Counted from the stretch's first letter, positions 30,062 to 40,620 are shown. The stretch: 64,000 bases of DNA from an uncultured Bacilli bacterium (GCA_947627925.1 CANQXW010000003.1:12-64011), one strand, 5' to 3'. Translations and numbers: made by a program. Notes: generated from the sequence alone by a model not told the origin.

Positions 30062-31584
30062 TAATCTTCTTTAATCCTTTCAAATAAATTAGCTGGTTTT
30101 TCTAATCCTAAATTATACTCTTCTTCTTTTTTATCCAAAGCAGTAAAATCAGTATTTGCAATATTTAAACCTTTAAAGATTTTTTCCGAAGTTGTAGGAA
30201 TAAAGGCTTGAAGCAAAATAGCGCATACCCTTATACCTTCGAGTAAATTATAGATAACAGTTTCAAGACGAGGTAATTTATCTTCTTCTTTAGCTAAAAC
30301 CCAAGGCGTTGTATCATCAATATATTTATTACATTTCCTTAAAACTTCAAAAATACATTCTAAGGCTTCATTTATTTTTAAAGCATCAACTTTTTCGGAA
30401 ACAACATTTTTTAAATTATTAATTGAGTCGACTAAATAAGCATCAATATCTTCATAAACGTTAGTATTTTTAACCACGCCATTAAAATATTTTATACCCA
30501 TTTGAATAGTTCTACTAACTAAATTTCCTAAAATATTACATAAATCACCATTAGTTCTTGTAATTAAAGCTTTTTCGGAAAAAGTACCATCACTTCCAAA
30601 AGGAACTTCTCTTAAAGCAAAGTAACGAACCGCATCGACTCCATAGGCATCAATATATTCTCTAGGATCTTTATAATTACCTAGACTTTTACTAATTTTA
30701 CCACCATCAATAATTAACCAGCCATGGCCAAAGACTTGTTTTGGGAGTTCTAGTCCTAAAGCCATTAAAATAGCGGGCCAAATAATGGTATGAAAACGGA
30801 CTATTTCTTTACCAACTAAATGTAAATCAGCCGGCCAATATTTTTTAAATTCTGGTGTTTCTTCGGGATAGCCTAGACTCGTAATATAGTTAGTTAAAGC
30901 ATCAATCCAAACATAAATAACATGTTTTTCATCAAAAGTTACGGGAATACCCCAAGTAAATGAAGTTCTAGAAACACATAAATCTTCCAATCCAGGACGA
31001 ATAAAATTATTTAACATTTCATTCTTTCTTGATTCTGGTTCAATAAAATGCGGATGCGTTTCATAAAATTCCTCTAACTTATGTTGATATTTACTTAATT
31101 TAAAGAAGTAAGCCTCTTCGGTAACTTCGGTAACATCTCTACCACAATCAGGGCATTTACCATCTGAAGCTTGAGTTTCTGTCCAAAAAGATTCACAAGG
31201 CACACAATAAAGGCCTTTATATTCTCCTTTATATATATCGCCTTGATCATATAATTTTTTAAATATTTCTTGAACTCTTTTAACATGAAAATCATCTGTT
31301 GTTCTAATAAAGAAATCATACGAAATATTTAAACTTTGCCATAAATCTTTCGCATTTTCAATTATTTTATCCACATATTCTTTAGGAGTTACTCCGGCTT
31401 CTTTCGCTTTGTTTTCAATTTTTAAACCATGCTCATCAGTTCCCGTTTGAAAAAACACATCATAACCAGATAATCTTTTATAACGGGCAATGGCATCCGC
31501 AATTATCGTGGTATAACAATGCCCAATATGAAATTCTGCACTTGGGTAATATATAGGAGTTGTTATATAATATTTTTTATTCAT
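30061..31584 (-). CDS. metG: methionine--tRNA ligase (short form)
   Basis: HIGH-type motif (AEFHIGHCY), KMSKS-type motif (KISKSLGN) and a zinc knuckle CVPCESF...CPDCG. Confidence 0.95.
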   Translation of the reverse strand: MNKKYYITTPIYYPSAEFHIGHCYTTIIADAIARYKRLSGYDVFFQTGTDEHGLKIENKAKEAGVTPKEYVDKIIENAKDLWQSLNISYDFFIRTTDDFHVKRVQEIFKKLYDQGDIYKGEYKGLYCVPCESFWTETQASDGKCPDCGRDVTEVTEEAYFFKLSKYQHKLEEFYETHPHFIEPESRKNEMLNNFIRPGLEDLCVSRTSFTWGIPVTFDEKHVIYVWIDALTNYITSLGYPEETPEFKKYWPADLHLVGKEIVRFHTIIWPAILMALGLELPKQVFGHGWLIIDGGKISKSLGNYKDPREYIDAYGVDAVRYFALREVPFGSDGTFSEKALITRTNGDLCNILGNLVSRTIQMGIKYFNGVVKNTNVYEDIDAYLVDSINNLKNVVSEKVDALKINEALECIFEVLRKCNKYIDDTTPWVLAKEEDKLPRLETVIYNLLEGIRVCAILLQAFIPTTSEKIFKGLNIANTDFTALDKKEEEYNLGLEKPANLFERIKED

Positions 31585-32069
31585 TATTTTTCCTTCTTTC
31601 TATTTGTACTTCCAAGTCCACCTTGGCGTACTCCTTCGCCTTCATCTCCACATGTTAAATATTTAATAAATATTCCTTGAGAATATGACTCACCTTTTTG
31701 CACTTTATATACTTTATCGCCTTCATTTTGGAGTGATACATAAAAATGTCCTTCATTATCAGGATTATTATAAAAATCACTATCGATAATACCTACTTGG
31801 TTAGTATTTCGAACATTATATTTAAAACCCATACTACTTCTTACTACGAGCATTAACATTTCATCACCCGGAAATTTTGCTTTATAACCAGTAGGAATTT
31901 TTTTGATTTCACCTGGAGCAATTTCAAAATCTTCAATGGCTAGTAAATCATAACCGGCACTATGTTTAGTTTTTCTAACCGGTAATTTATATTCTTCATA
32001 TAATTTTTTATCATCTTTAATATCTTTTTTAAATTGTTCAAAACTGATCTTTTCAAAACATCTTTCCAT
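31584..32069 (-). CDS. dut: dUTP diphosphatase (trimeric dUTPase family)
   Basis: SAGYDL, VRSSMG, GIIDSDFY and C-terminal RQGGLGST motifs. Confidence 0.8.
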   Translation of the reverse strand: MERCFEKISFEQFKKDIKDDKKLYEEYKLPVRKTKHSAGYDLLAIEDFEIAPGEIKKIPTGYKAKFPGDEMLMLVVRSSMGFKYNVRNTNQVGIIDSDFYNNPDNEGHFYVSLQNEGDKVYKVQKGESYSQGIFIKYLTCGDEGEGVRQGGLGSTNRKKEK

Positions 32070-32077
32070 AATACCTC

Positions 32078-32704
32078 CTACAAAATATGCCTTAAATCAC
32101 TTATTTTTTTAATAGTGATATATTTATTGCTTTCTTCATTTGTTTTCCAAATGGGTTTAATGCCTAGAGAAAATGCAAATTCAACATCGGTCTTTAATTT
32201 ATCTCCAACATAAATACAATCTTCTTTAGCATAATCTTTTAAAATAATATCAAAAGTTTTTGGATTAGGCTTTAAATAATTATTATCCCCGCCATAAATT
32301 TTTTTAAAATATTTTAGAATGCCCATTTTCTCTAACCGCCTTCGTTGGCTTTCCGTAAACCAGTTAGATACAACGAATAAATCATACTTACTACTTAAAT
32401 ATTTTAAAGTATCTTCTAAGTATTCATCATCTTTTATAACACATTCTCCATATGCCTTAATGTAATTATCAATAAATTCTATAGGCAAAGAAGACTCGCA
32501 ATATTGATTAATAAAATCAATTAAATCTGTTTTAACTAATTTATTCTTTACTTTTTCATTGGCATCAACTGCATCATATATTTTTAAAGGAAGAGATTCA
32601 TCATAATCAATATTTAGCAAATCTAAAGCTTCTTTAACACTAGCAAGATATTTAGGATCCCAAGTAATTAAAGTATTATCAACATCAAATATTATTGCTT
32701 TCAT
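32078..32704 (-). CDS. HAD-superfamily hydrolase
   Basis: MKAIIFDVDNTL (DxDxT motif I), VVSNW (motif II) and YVGDKLKTD (motif III/IV). ATG at 32704 follows AAGGAGG. Confidence 0.8.
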   Translation of the reverse strand: MKAIIFDVDNTLITWDPKYLASVKEALDLLNIDYDESLPLKIYDAVDANEKVKNKLVKTDLIDFINQYCESSLPIEFIDNYIKAYGECVIKDDEYLEDTLKYLSSKYDLFVVSNWFTESQRRRLEKMGILKYFKKIYGGDNNYLKPNPKTFDIILKDYAKEDCIYVGDKLKTDVEFAFSLGIKPIWKTNEESNKYITIKKISDLRHIL

Positions 32705-32722
32705 TTCATCCTCCTTAAAATT

Positions 32723-32924
32723 AAAAAAATTCATAAACAAAGGACGAAGAATACTCCGCGGTACCACCTTTATTTATGAATTAAATCATACACTTATCGT
32801 TATAAAGCACGTCTGCTTTTTAGCTCCTCTGTTCATACCTAATTATCATCTTTATTAATTTTCACCAACCATTAACTCTCTTGAAAAAGATTTGATAATT
32901 ATCTCACAAATTCATTGCTAACTG
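32723..32924 (-). promoter_or_regulatory. T-box leader (Met specifier AUG) with intrinsic terminator, controlling the HAD-dut-metG(-tatD) operon
   Basis: Minus strand, in order: AG-bulge AGAGAG, distal-loop GGTTGGTGAAA, specifier GGT-ATG-A (ATG at 32834-32836), conserved T-box AAAGGTGGTACCGCG (32757-32771), then a 12-bp terminator stem (32767-32778 / 32732-32743) and a T-run. A candidate promoter lies upstream: TTGAAT (32953-58), 17 nt, TAAACT (32930-35). Confidence 0.8.
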
Positions 32925-32988
32925 CAATTAGTTTAGCATAATAATGAGTTTTATTCAATAAAAAACCGTTCTATATACATTTTTTAAG

Positions 32989-33017
32989 TTGCAATGTGAT
33001 ATTAAAAATGCTATTAT
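32989..33017 (+). promoter_or_regulatory. sigma-A-type promoter of the 723-aa orphan gene
   Basis: TTGCAA (32989-94), 17 nt, TATTAT (33012-17), followed by SD AAAGGAGA and ATG 33044. Confidence 0.55.
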
Positions 33018-33043
33018 AATTACCATATTTAAAGGAGATAGTC

Positions 33044-35215
33044 ATGTATTTTAATAATCCGTTTTATGCAAGTATTAATTTATATTTAAGAGAAATACAA
33101 TCTTTATTGGACAAAGACTATACTTTTAAATTGACTTATAAAAGTGATGAAAAAAATATTCAAGATACTGTACAATTTAGACTTTTTGATATGGAAAGCG
33201 ATGTAGTCAATAAAGATAATTTAATAGTGAAAAAAATTGCTTATCAAGGATATTTAGAATTTATATACGATAAAAGGACAAAACTGGTTTTAATTACCCA
33301 TATACCCACAATTGAATATGGCAAAGTAACACTTCCTATTTTTACAAATGATTTAGTTATGACAATGATAAACATATTAAGCAAATTTTTGCCAGCTGAA
33401 GAAATAAAAATAAATTTTAAAAATCCATTAGAAGTAATAGTTATAGATAGAAAAGTAGAAGAATTACTTCCAGATATTAAAATGGTAAAAAATTATGTTT
33501 TATTAAATAAAATTAGAGAAAGTATAAGAATAGAAGAAGCAAAAATAAGAGGTCATATTATAAGAGAAAAAGAAAAACAAGACCGAATTTGGCGTAGTGA
33601 AGAACGAGTAATGGCTAAAAAAAGTCAAGTATTTGGAATTAAACCTGAAGATTACAGAACAAAAGAAGATTTTGAACGTGCTTTAGAACAAGTACTTATT
33701 CCTATGTGGGAAAAGAAAAAAGCCAATATTGAAAGACATTTAAAATTAAATGAAACAGCCTATAAAGAATTAATGTTAAAAGCAGATCCAGAGTTTAAAT
33801 GTATTAAAAGTTTAAGTGAAGGTTACATAGAATATAACGAAAATTATTACGTATCTTGTGCTAGAGATGAAAGTATTCCTTCTAAAATAATTAATCTTAT
33901 AAATAAATATGGTTATGATATTGAAAGTGCAAGTAAAAAAGATATTGATACTTTTTTAGATTATTTTGTGAATTGTGATTTATCAGGGAAAGAAAACTTA
34001 GTGGTTTTATATAAAAAAATACGTCAAAATAGCGCCGACGAAATCCACGGATATAACATAGCCTATTTAGAAGGAAAACAACTTTGGGATTATAAATATG
34101 CCGGGGAGACTCTCAATTATAAATTTTATAATATGGCTTTTAAAGATGAAAATTTGTGGGAATTTTATGGAAAATATTATCATCCAATCTTTCATTTAAA
34201 TTATACAAATAAAATGTTTGAAAAAGGAATAAATCTTTTAATGCAAATTTGTTCTCTTCGAGAGAAAATAGAATACTATCAAAATCTTTTAAATAATCCC
34301 CGTAAAGCCACTAATTTATTTGTAAAAAATAGTACAGTTTCAGGATTAATTATGGATTTACCGGCTTGGTTTAGAATAGAAAGAGATACATTTAGTTCTA
34401 TACCAAAAGATGAACGAGAAATTTTTAATTTATTAATGATAAAACCGGGAACAAGACAAATCAATTTGAATGAGGCTAGAATATTTTCTACTAAAAATGG
34501 TAGGACATTTGGTAAAACTGAAACTGATATTTTAAAATATTTAAGTAAGTCTAGAGATAGTTTATTATGGTGTAACCGCTTTATAATAACAATTCCTGAC
34601 TCTTTAGCATTTGAAAAAATAAAAGAAATTATTGATTTTGCCTTTTTTAAAGCAAAGGAAGTAATAAATATTATTTGTGAAAGTCCTACTACAGCATATT
34701 TGGTGAAATCAATTATTTGGTTTAAAATGAAAAATATTGTTTATGAAAATTGTTACGAATCTAATTTATATAGAAGAATTTTTGTAAATGTAGACCCAAA
34801 TTATTATTGTAATTTCTGGATGACTACTCCAGATAATAAAACATTTTATCATTTATATGATTATACTTCTAATTATAAATATCATCGCAAATTAAAATGT
34901 TCTTTTACTGATTATTTATTATGGCCTTATGCTATTGCTTCAGGAGTAAATACCGATAATATTTATGGTAATGATGGCTATCCATTTGGTAGCGGATTTG
35001 GTGTTGATTGGGGAGATAAGTATACGATTACTCCTGATGATTTTGAAAATTTAAATTATGACATGATTGAAGAACTTATATTTGGAAGTTATGGTAACCC
35101 AAAATATTTAGAAGAAGCAGAAAAATTGGCTAAATTAATTAATGAAGTTACAAAGGGTTATCCAGTATATCCTTATGTATACAATCCAGGAAAAGCAAGA
35201 GAAAGACAATTTTAA
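33044..35215 (+). CDS. hypothetical 723-aa protein, no recognisable family
   Basis: Long uninterrupted ORF with its own promoter, SD and terminator. No signal peptide or TM segment. Rich in Tyr/Asn/Lys with a charged helical stretch near residues 160-250. Confidence 0.7.
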   Translation: MYFNNPFYASINLYLREIQSLLDKDYTFKLTYKSDEKNIQDTVQFRLFDMESDVVNKDNLIVKKIAYQGYLEFIYDKRTKLVLITHIPTIEYGKVTLPIFTNDLVMTMINILSKFLPAEEIKINFKNPLEVIVIDRKVEELLPDIKMVKNYVLLNKIRESIRIEEAKIRGHIIREKEKQDRIWRSEERVMAKKSQVFGIKPEDYRTKEDFERALEQVLIPMWEKKKANIERHLKLNETAYKELMLKADPEFKCIKSLSEGYIEYNENYYVSCARDESIPSKIINLINKYGYDIESASKKDIDTFLDYFVNCDLSGKENLVVLYKKIRQNSADEIHGYNIAYLEGKQLWDYKYAGETLNYKFYNMAFKDENLWEFYGKYYHPIFHLNYTNKMFEKGINLLMQICSLREKIEYYQNLLNNPRKATNLFVKNSTVSGLIMDLPAWFRIERDTFSSIPKDEREIFNLLMIKPGTRQINLNEARIFSTKNGRTFGKTETDILKYLSKSRDSLLWCNRFIITIPDSLAFEKIKEIIDFAFFKAKEVINIICESPTTAYLVKSIIWFKMKNIVYENCYESNLYRRIFVNVDPNYYCNFWMTTPDNKTFYHLYDYTSNYKYHRKLKCSFTDYLLWPYAIASGVNTDNIYGNDGYPFGSGFGVDWGDKYTITPDDFENLNYDMIEELIFGSYGNPKYLEEAEKLAKLINEVTKGYPVYPYVYNPGKARERQF

Positions 35216-35272
35216 AAAATCACAATTTATCTAAATAGACTAGTAAAATTAAATACTATAAACATAAAAAAT

Positions 35273-35315
35273 AAACTCGTAAATTCCTATAAAATATGGG
35301 AAAACGAGTTTTTTA
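35273..35315. terminator. bidirectional terminator between convergent 723-aa gene and spoVT
   Basis: aaactcgt...acgagttt stem with an inner cctata/tatggg extension, followed by TTTTT. Confidence 0.55.
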
Positions 35316-35358
35316 ATTTTAAACAAATATATTATTTTTATTATGAAAAAATATCTAT

Positions 35359-35868
35359 TTAAACAACATCTAGTTTTTGAACAATTAATTTTTGAATTAT
35401 TTTAGCATACTTTAAGTCTTCATCTTGTTTTTTATCACTCACAATTATGGCAAGTCCACTACAATCTGTAGAAGTAATAATAGGTACAATCGTAAAATAA
35501 CCTTTAATATTTAAAAACTCTTCTAAAGAATTACTAACCTTAGACTCCCGATTATCAATTAAACTTTTATGCTTATCATCTAAAGACATATTAGCTAGAT
35601 TTTTTAAATTACTACTGGTCGCAATAATTTTTTCCCGATCACTAATTAAAACTCCCACATTACAAATATCATAAATAATATTGCAAAATTCATCGCCAAT
35701 ATCTTTAATATTTTCAACTTGAGAATATTTTTTGATTATAATAGCATTGTCATTGGTATATATTTCTAAAGGCTCGCCATCACGAATACCTAAATTATAT
35801 CTAATCTCTTTGGGAACTACAATTCTACCTAATTCATCAATTCTTCTAGTAATTCCACTTTTTGTCAT
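35359..35868 (-). CDS. spoVT: stage V sporulation protein T (AbrB-family regulator with GAF-like C-domain)
   Basis: SGITRRIDELGRIVVPKEIRYNLGIRDGEPLEIY is the SpoVT/AbrB swapped-hairpin domain. The length and C-domain match SpoVT rather than AbrB, and it lies downstream of mfd as in Bacillus. Confidence 0.85.
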   Translation of the reverse strand: MTKSGITRRIDELGRIVVPKEIRYNLGIRDGEPLEIYTNDNAIIIKKYSQVENIKDIGDEFCNIIYDICNVGVLISDREKIIATSSNLKNLANMSLDDKHKSLIDNRESKVSNSLEEFLNIKGYFTIVPIITSTDCSGLAIIVSDKKQDEDLKYAKIIQKLIVQKLDVV

Positions 35869-35928
35869 ATACTACTCACTCCTTTTTATAGTGTGAGTAA
35901 AAATATTTTTATTATACTTAAGAAGTTA

Positions 35929-36180
35929 CTATTTTTTTAATTTAATTAAATATAATCCTAAGTTAATTAAGAAAATAATTATTAATAAAAGGGGAATCAA
36001 ACAAAATAATATTTCCCACAAATTAGTTTGAGCACATTGAATTAGCGAAATACTTTCTTCATTAAATGGTCCCAAAGCTAGCCATAGAACGACGACTCCC
36101 ACAAAAGTTTCACACAAAGAATTTATAACAACTATTATTTGATCTGTTTTTATTTTCTTGTTTTTTTCAATCTTTTTCAT
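35929..36180 (-). CDS. hypothetical small membrane protein
   Basis: 83 aa with two TM helices. Confidence 0.45.
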   Translation of the reverse strand: MKKIEKNKKIKTDQIIVVINSLCETFVGVVVLWLALGPFNEESISLIQCAQTNLWEILFCLIPLLLIIIFLINLGLYLIKLKK

Positions 36181-36191
36181 CTTAAACTCCT

Positions 36192-39100
36192 TTAATTATC
36201 TTTAATAGCCACTAAAAGTTTTACTAAATAATAAATATAATGCTCGGGTAATTGTTTATAAAATAAAGTTATTATTATGTTTTTGTGTAAATATTTAATA
36301 TTAAATTTAGGAGATATACTCATTGTTTCAAATAATAATTTATCGCCCTTAATATTATTAGATAATTCTTCCGGCAAGATTATTTCCACAAAACGATCAG
36401 TCTTATTTATTCTAGTTATATTAAGCATCTTGCATAAATTAGTAAACCATTCTTCATACATATATATTTCCATGTCTTCGTCAATTTTACCAAAACGATC
36501 TTCTAATTCCTCTTTAACTTCTTTTAATTTTTCCAAAGAATCAATTTCGTTAATTTTTTGATGAATTTCAATTTTTATATCTTCATCAGAAACATATTCA
36601 TCTTTAATATGGGTGGAAACTTCAATGAGATTTTTATTATCTTCATCCTCTTCTTCCACATATTCACCTTTAGCTCTTTTAAGTTCATCTTCAATTAACT
36701 TCATATAAAGAGAAATTCCGACAGAATCAACAAATCCGGCTTGATCACTACCAAAAATGTCCCCAGCCCCTCTAATAGATAAATCCCGCATAGCAATTTT
36801 ATAACCACTACCTAACTCGGTAAACTCTTTAATCGCTTGTAATCTTTTAACCGCTATTTCATTAAGCATTTTCTTTTTATTATATAAAAGATACGCATAA
36901 GCCACTTTATCACTACGTCCAACTCTTCCTCTTATTTGATATAGTTGGGATAAGCCAAAATTATCCGCGTCATAAACTATTAAAGTATTAGCATTAGGAA
37001 TATCGATGCCATTTTCAATTATGGTGGTGCAAATTAAAATGTCATATTTAAACTCGACAAAATCTTCCATAATTGTTTCCAATTCTTCTTTACTCATTTT
37101 ACCATGGGCATAAGTAATTCTAGCTTCCGGAACAAGTAAAGATATTTTTTCTACTATTTTATCGATATCTTCAATGCGATTATATAGAATAAATACTTGA
37201 CCTTTTCTAGATAATTCTTTATAAATGGCATCTTTAATAATTAAATCTTGTTCTTCAATGACGTAAGTTTGCACCGGATAACGATTTATCGGTGGAGTAT
37301 CAATAATCGATAAATCTCTTAAACCGGATAAAGCCATTTTAAGAGTTCTTGGAATTGGCGTTGCCGATAAAGTTAAAACATTAACATCAGTTTTAAACTG
37401 CTTGATTTTTTCTTTATGTTTAACCCCAAATCTTTGCTCTTCATCCACAATTAAAAGGCCTAATTTAGAAGGCTTTATATCATCGCTTAAAATACGATGA
37501 GTTCCCACCAAAATATCAATACGCCCATTTTGTAAATTTTCTAAGATGTACCTTCCTTCTTTTGGTGTTGTAAAACGATTAAATAAACGAATATTTACCG
37601 GAATATCTTTAAATCTTTCTTTGATAACATTGTATTGTTGTTTAGCTAAAATAGTTGTTGGACACAAATACATAACTTGCATATTGTTAATAACCGTTTT
37701 AAAAATGGCCCGCATTGCTACTTCAGTTTTACCAAATCCAACATCGCCACATAAAAGACGATCCATGGGAATAACACTTTTTAAATCATTGCGAATTTCT
37801 GCGATGGCTTTAGTTTGATCTCTCGTTTCTTGATAAGGAAAACTACTAGCAAATAAAGCCTCTTCTTCATAATCTTGATAAGCAATGCCTTTAATTTTGG
37901 CTCTTTTCTTATATAAATCTAATAACTCTTTCGAAATATCTTTAGCCTTAGCTTTAATATAAGTTTTAGTTTTAGCCCAACTAGTGGAATTTAATTTATT
38001 AATTTTGGGTTTTAAACCATCTTTACTAGAATATTTATAAATAGAATTGATTTTTTCAACCGGAATGTATATTTTATCATTGCCTTCGTATAAAACCTGA
38101 ATGTAATCTTTTTTTAAGCCATCTTTAGTTAAGGTTACTAAACCATTATAAATTCCGATACCATGATTTAAGTGAACGACATAATCCCCTTTTTCTAAAT
38201 CATTATAACTTTTAATCTTTTTTCCAATATGAAGATTATTTTTATATTTAGCATTTATATTAGTTTCAATACCAATATCAAATTCAGAAATACAAACGAT
38301 ATTATTATAAATAAAACCTTTATTTAACTTTTTATTAATGATTTTTGCGGAAGGAATCAAAGACTTTATCGTTTTCACTTCATTAGGTTTAGATAAATAA
38401 AAATATACCTCTTTTTTTTCTTTTTCCCATTTATAAACTGTATCTTTTAAAAGTTCGAAATTTTCTTTAAAATTAGGAATTTCATGGGAAACTATATCCG
38501 TTGGATTATTAATGTTATCAATATATAACTCATATGAAGGATTTATATCTGATAATTCAAACATATACTTTTCATGTTCCTGATTATTTTCTTGATATTC
38601 GGCAATTTCTTCTCCTAATTTTTGATAAGCGGCATCTATTTGGGATTTATTTAAATAAACAACTATACCCTTATTGGTATAATCGTATAGCGAACTTTTT
38701 TGGCTAGTTTCTACTTCTTTAAATGGTTTTAGAGAAATTTCCTTTATTTCCTCCATCGTTCTTTGGGTATTTTCATCAAAGTATCTAATGGATTCAACCG
38801 TATCCCCAAAAAGTTCTATTCTAATTGGATGCAGTTCATTTATTAAATAAATATCCATTATAAAACCTCTAATGGAATATTCTCCGGTTGTTGTAACTAA
38901 AGATTCTCTATTATAACCATAATCATCTAATCTTTTTATTAATTCATTTCGATCAATCTCATCATTTACTTTAATTTTTAAAATACTTTCTTCTTTAACA
39001 CTTGGTAAATATTTTAAATAGCCCATCAAATTGGTAACTATAATTAGACTTTGATTTTGTAATTTTTCTAAAACGTTTAGTCTTCCTAAAGTAAACTCTG

Positions 39101-39338
39101 GAGAAATAGCCACAATTTTAGAAGTTATAAAATCATCCATTGGAAATAATTCAACATTATCAGTATGATTTTTTAAAGCATTATAAATATTGTTACTTTC
39201 GTATAAATTACTGGCAACTAAAATAATATTTTGTTTAGTTTCTTTAAATAATTCTAGCAAGTAAAAAGCGATTAACTCATTTGTTAACCCATATGTCGTT
39301 TTTCCATTTTCATAATTAAAAAAACTTTTAAAATCCAT
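36192..39338 (-). CDS. mfd: transcription-repair coupling factor
   Basis: 1048 aa. CarD/TRCF RNAP-interaction region, helicase motifs LCGDVGFGKTEVA, DEEQRFG and QLYQIRGRVGRS. Confidence 0.95.
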   Translation of the reverse strand: MDFKSFFNYENGKTTYGLTNELIAFYLLELFKETKQNIILVASNLYESNNIYNALKNHTDNVELFPMDDFITSKIVAISPEFTLGRLNVLEKLQNQSLIIVTNLMGYLKYLPSVKEESILKIKVNDEIDRNELIKRLDDYGYNRESLVTTTGEYSIRGFIMDIYLINELHPIRIELFGDTVESIRYFDENTQRTMEEIKEISLKPFKEVETSQKSSLYDYTNKGIVVYLNKSQIDAAYQKLGEEIAEYQENNQEHEKYMFELSDINPSYELYIDNINNPTDIVSHEIPNFKENFELLKDTVYKWEKEKKEVYFYLSKPNEVKTIKSLIPSAKIINKKLNKGFIYNNIVCISEFDIGIETNINAKYKNNLHIGKKIKSYNDLEKGDYVVHLNHGIGIYNGLVTLTKDGLKKDYIQVLYEGNDKIYIPVEKINSIYKYSSKDGLKPKINKLNSTSWAKTKTYIKAKAKDISKELLDLYKKRAKIKGIAYQDYEEEALFASSFPYQETRDQTKAIAEIRNDLKSVIPMDRLLCGDVGFGKTEVAMRAIFKTVINNMQVMYLCPTTILAKQQYNVIKERFKDIPVNIRLFNRFTTPKEGRYILENLQNGRIDILVGTHRILSDDIKPSKLGLLIVDEEQRFGVKHKEKIKQFKTDVNVLTLSATPIPRTLKMALSGLRDLSIIDTPPINRYPVQTYVIEEQDLIIKDAIYKELSRKGQVFILYNRIEDIDKIVEKISLLVPEARITYAHGKMSKEELETIMEDFVEFKYDILICTTIIENGIDIPNANTLIVYDADNFGLSQLYQIRGRVGRSDKVAYAYLLYNKKKMLNEIAVKRLQAIKEFTELGSGYKIAMRDLSIRGAGDIFGSDQAGFVDSVGISLYMKLIEDELKRAKGEYVEEEDEDNKNLIEVSTHIKDEYVSDEDIKIEIHQKINEIDSLEKLKEVKEELEDRFGKIDEDMEIYMYEEWFTNLCKMLNITRINKTDRFVEIILPEELSNNIKGDKLLFETMSISPKFNIKYLHKNIIITLFYKQLPEHYIYYLVKLLVAIKDN

Positions 39339-39346
39339 ACTTGCTC

Positions 39347-39895
39347 CTAATTATTATTTACTTTATGAATATTATCTATACCACCTATTATAAAAGCATT
39401 TATTAATTCATTAAATTTTTCAAAGTTTTCTTCAATATTATTTTTCTCTTCTTCCGAAAATCTTGATAAAACATATTTATCAGTAGGAATTAAACTACTT
39501 TTGCCAATACCAACTTTAAGTCTTAAAAAATCTTCACTACCTAGTTCACTAATTATAGATTTAATTCCATTATGACCACCTGAAGAACTATTCTTTTTGA
39601 CTTTATAAGTTCCTACCTTTAAATCTAAATCATCTTGGATAACTAAAATATCATCTAAATCTATTTTATAAAATTTAACTACTTTACTTACGGCCATTCC
39701 TGATAAATTCATATAAGTTAAGGGTTTCAAAAATATAACATCTTCCCCTTCAATATTAGTACTGTAAAAATAACTTTCCATTTTATTTTTCCAATCAACT
39801 TTTCCTAAATAATTATCTAGAACCATAAAACCAATATTATGTCTGGTATTTTTATATTCTCTTCCCGGATTACCTAATCCAACAACTAGTTTCAT
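39347..39895 (-). CDS. pth: peptidyl-tRNA hydrolase
   Basis: MKLVVGLGNPGREYKNTRHNIGF and GGHNGIKSI. Confidence 0.95.
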   Translation of the reverse strand: MKLVVGLGNPGREYKNTRHNIGFMVLDNYLGKVDWKNKMESYFYSTNIEGEDVIFLKPLTYMNLSGMAVSKVVKFYKIDLDDILVIQDDLDLKVGTYKVKKNSSSGGHNGIKSIISELGSEDFLRLKVGIGKSSLIPTDKYVLSRFSEEEKNNIEENFEKFNELINAFIIGGIDNIHKVNNN

Positions 39896-40620
39896 TATTC
39901 CTCCTTAAACATATTTTGATAACTTTCGTATTCACTAATGTTTTTTACATTATTTATTTTAATTCCTTTACTAGCATCTTTCACGCATCTTACTAAAACT
40001 ATGGAAGGTCTATTATCTTCTTTAGTTTTGATAAGTTCAATATTTTTTACATTTAATTTATATTTATCCCCTAATATGATTATTTCATCTAATCTTTCCA
40101 CACGATGAACTAAATACAATTCTCCTTTGGTATTTAAATGACTTTTCGCTATTTTAAATACATCTTCTAAAGTTATAGATATTTCATGTCTAGCCAAAGC
40201 TAATGGCGAAAAATCATTAATAAAATCCTTATTACTAACTTTAAAAAAGGGAGGATTGCAAGTAATTATATCATATTTTTGATCTTTTTTAAATTCATCT
40301 ATCTTTTTTATGTCTTCATTATAAATGGTTATTTGATTATCAAGTTTATTATATAAAATGCTTTCGTTTGCCAGTTCAAATATTTCTTTTTGAATTTCAA
40401 AGCCATCAATATGGGCTTGAGTTTTAGTTGAAAGAATTAAAGGAACGACAGCATTTCCACAACATAAATCTAAAATACTTTTAGTTGCTTTATTAATTTT
40501 AACAAATTCCGCTAAAAGAATAGAATCTAAAGAAAATTTAAAATATTTTTCATATTGATATATTTTTAGATTAGAATAATCAAATAAATCATTAAGTACT
40601 TTATTATTCATTACTATCAA
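39895..40620 (-). CDS. tRNA (adenine-N6)-methyltransferase (YabB/TrmN6-like)
   Basis: SAM motif ILDLCCGNAVV and NPPF catalytic motif (ITCNPPFFK). Confidence 0.7.
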   Translation of the reverse strand: MIVMNNKVLNDLFDYSNLKIYQYEKYFKFSLDSILLAEFVKINKATKSILDLCCGNAVVPLILSTKTQAHIDGFEIQKEIFELANESILYNKLDNQITIYNEDIKKIDEFKKDQKYDIITCNPPFFKVSNKDFINDFSPLALARHEISITLEDVFKIAKSHLNTKGELYLVHRVERLDEIIILGDKYKLNVKNIELIKTKEDNRPSIVLVRCVKDASKGIKINNVKNISEYESYQNMFKEE

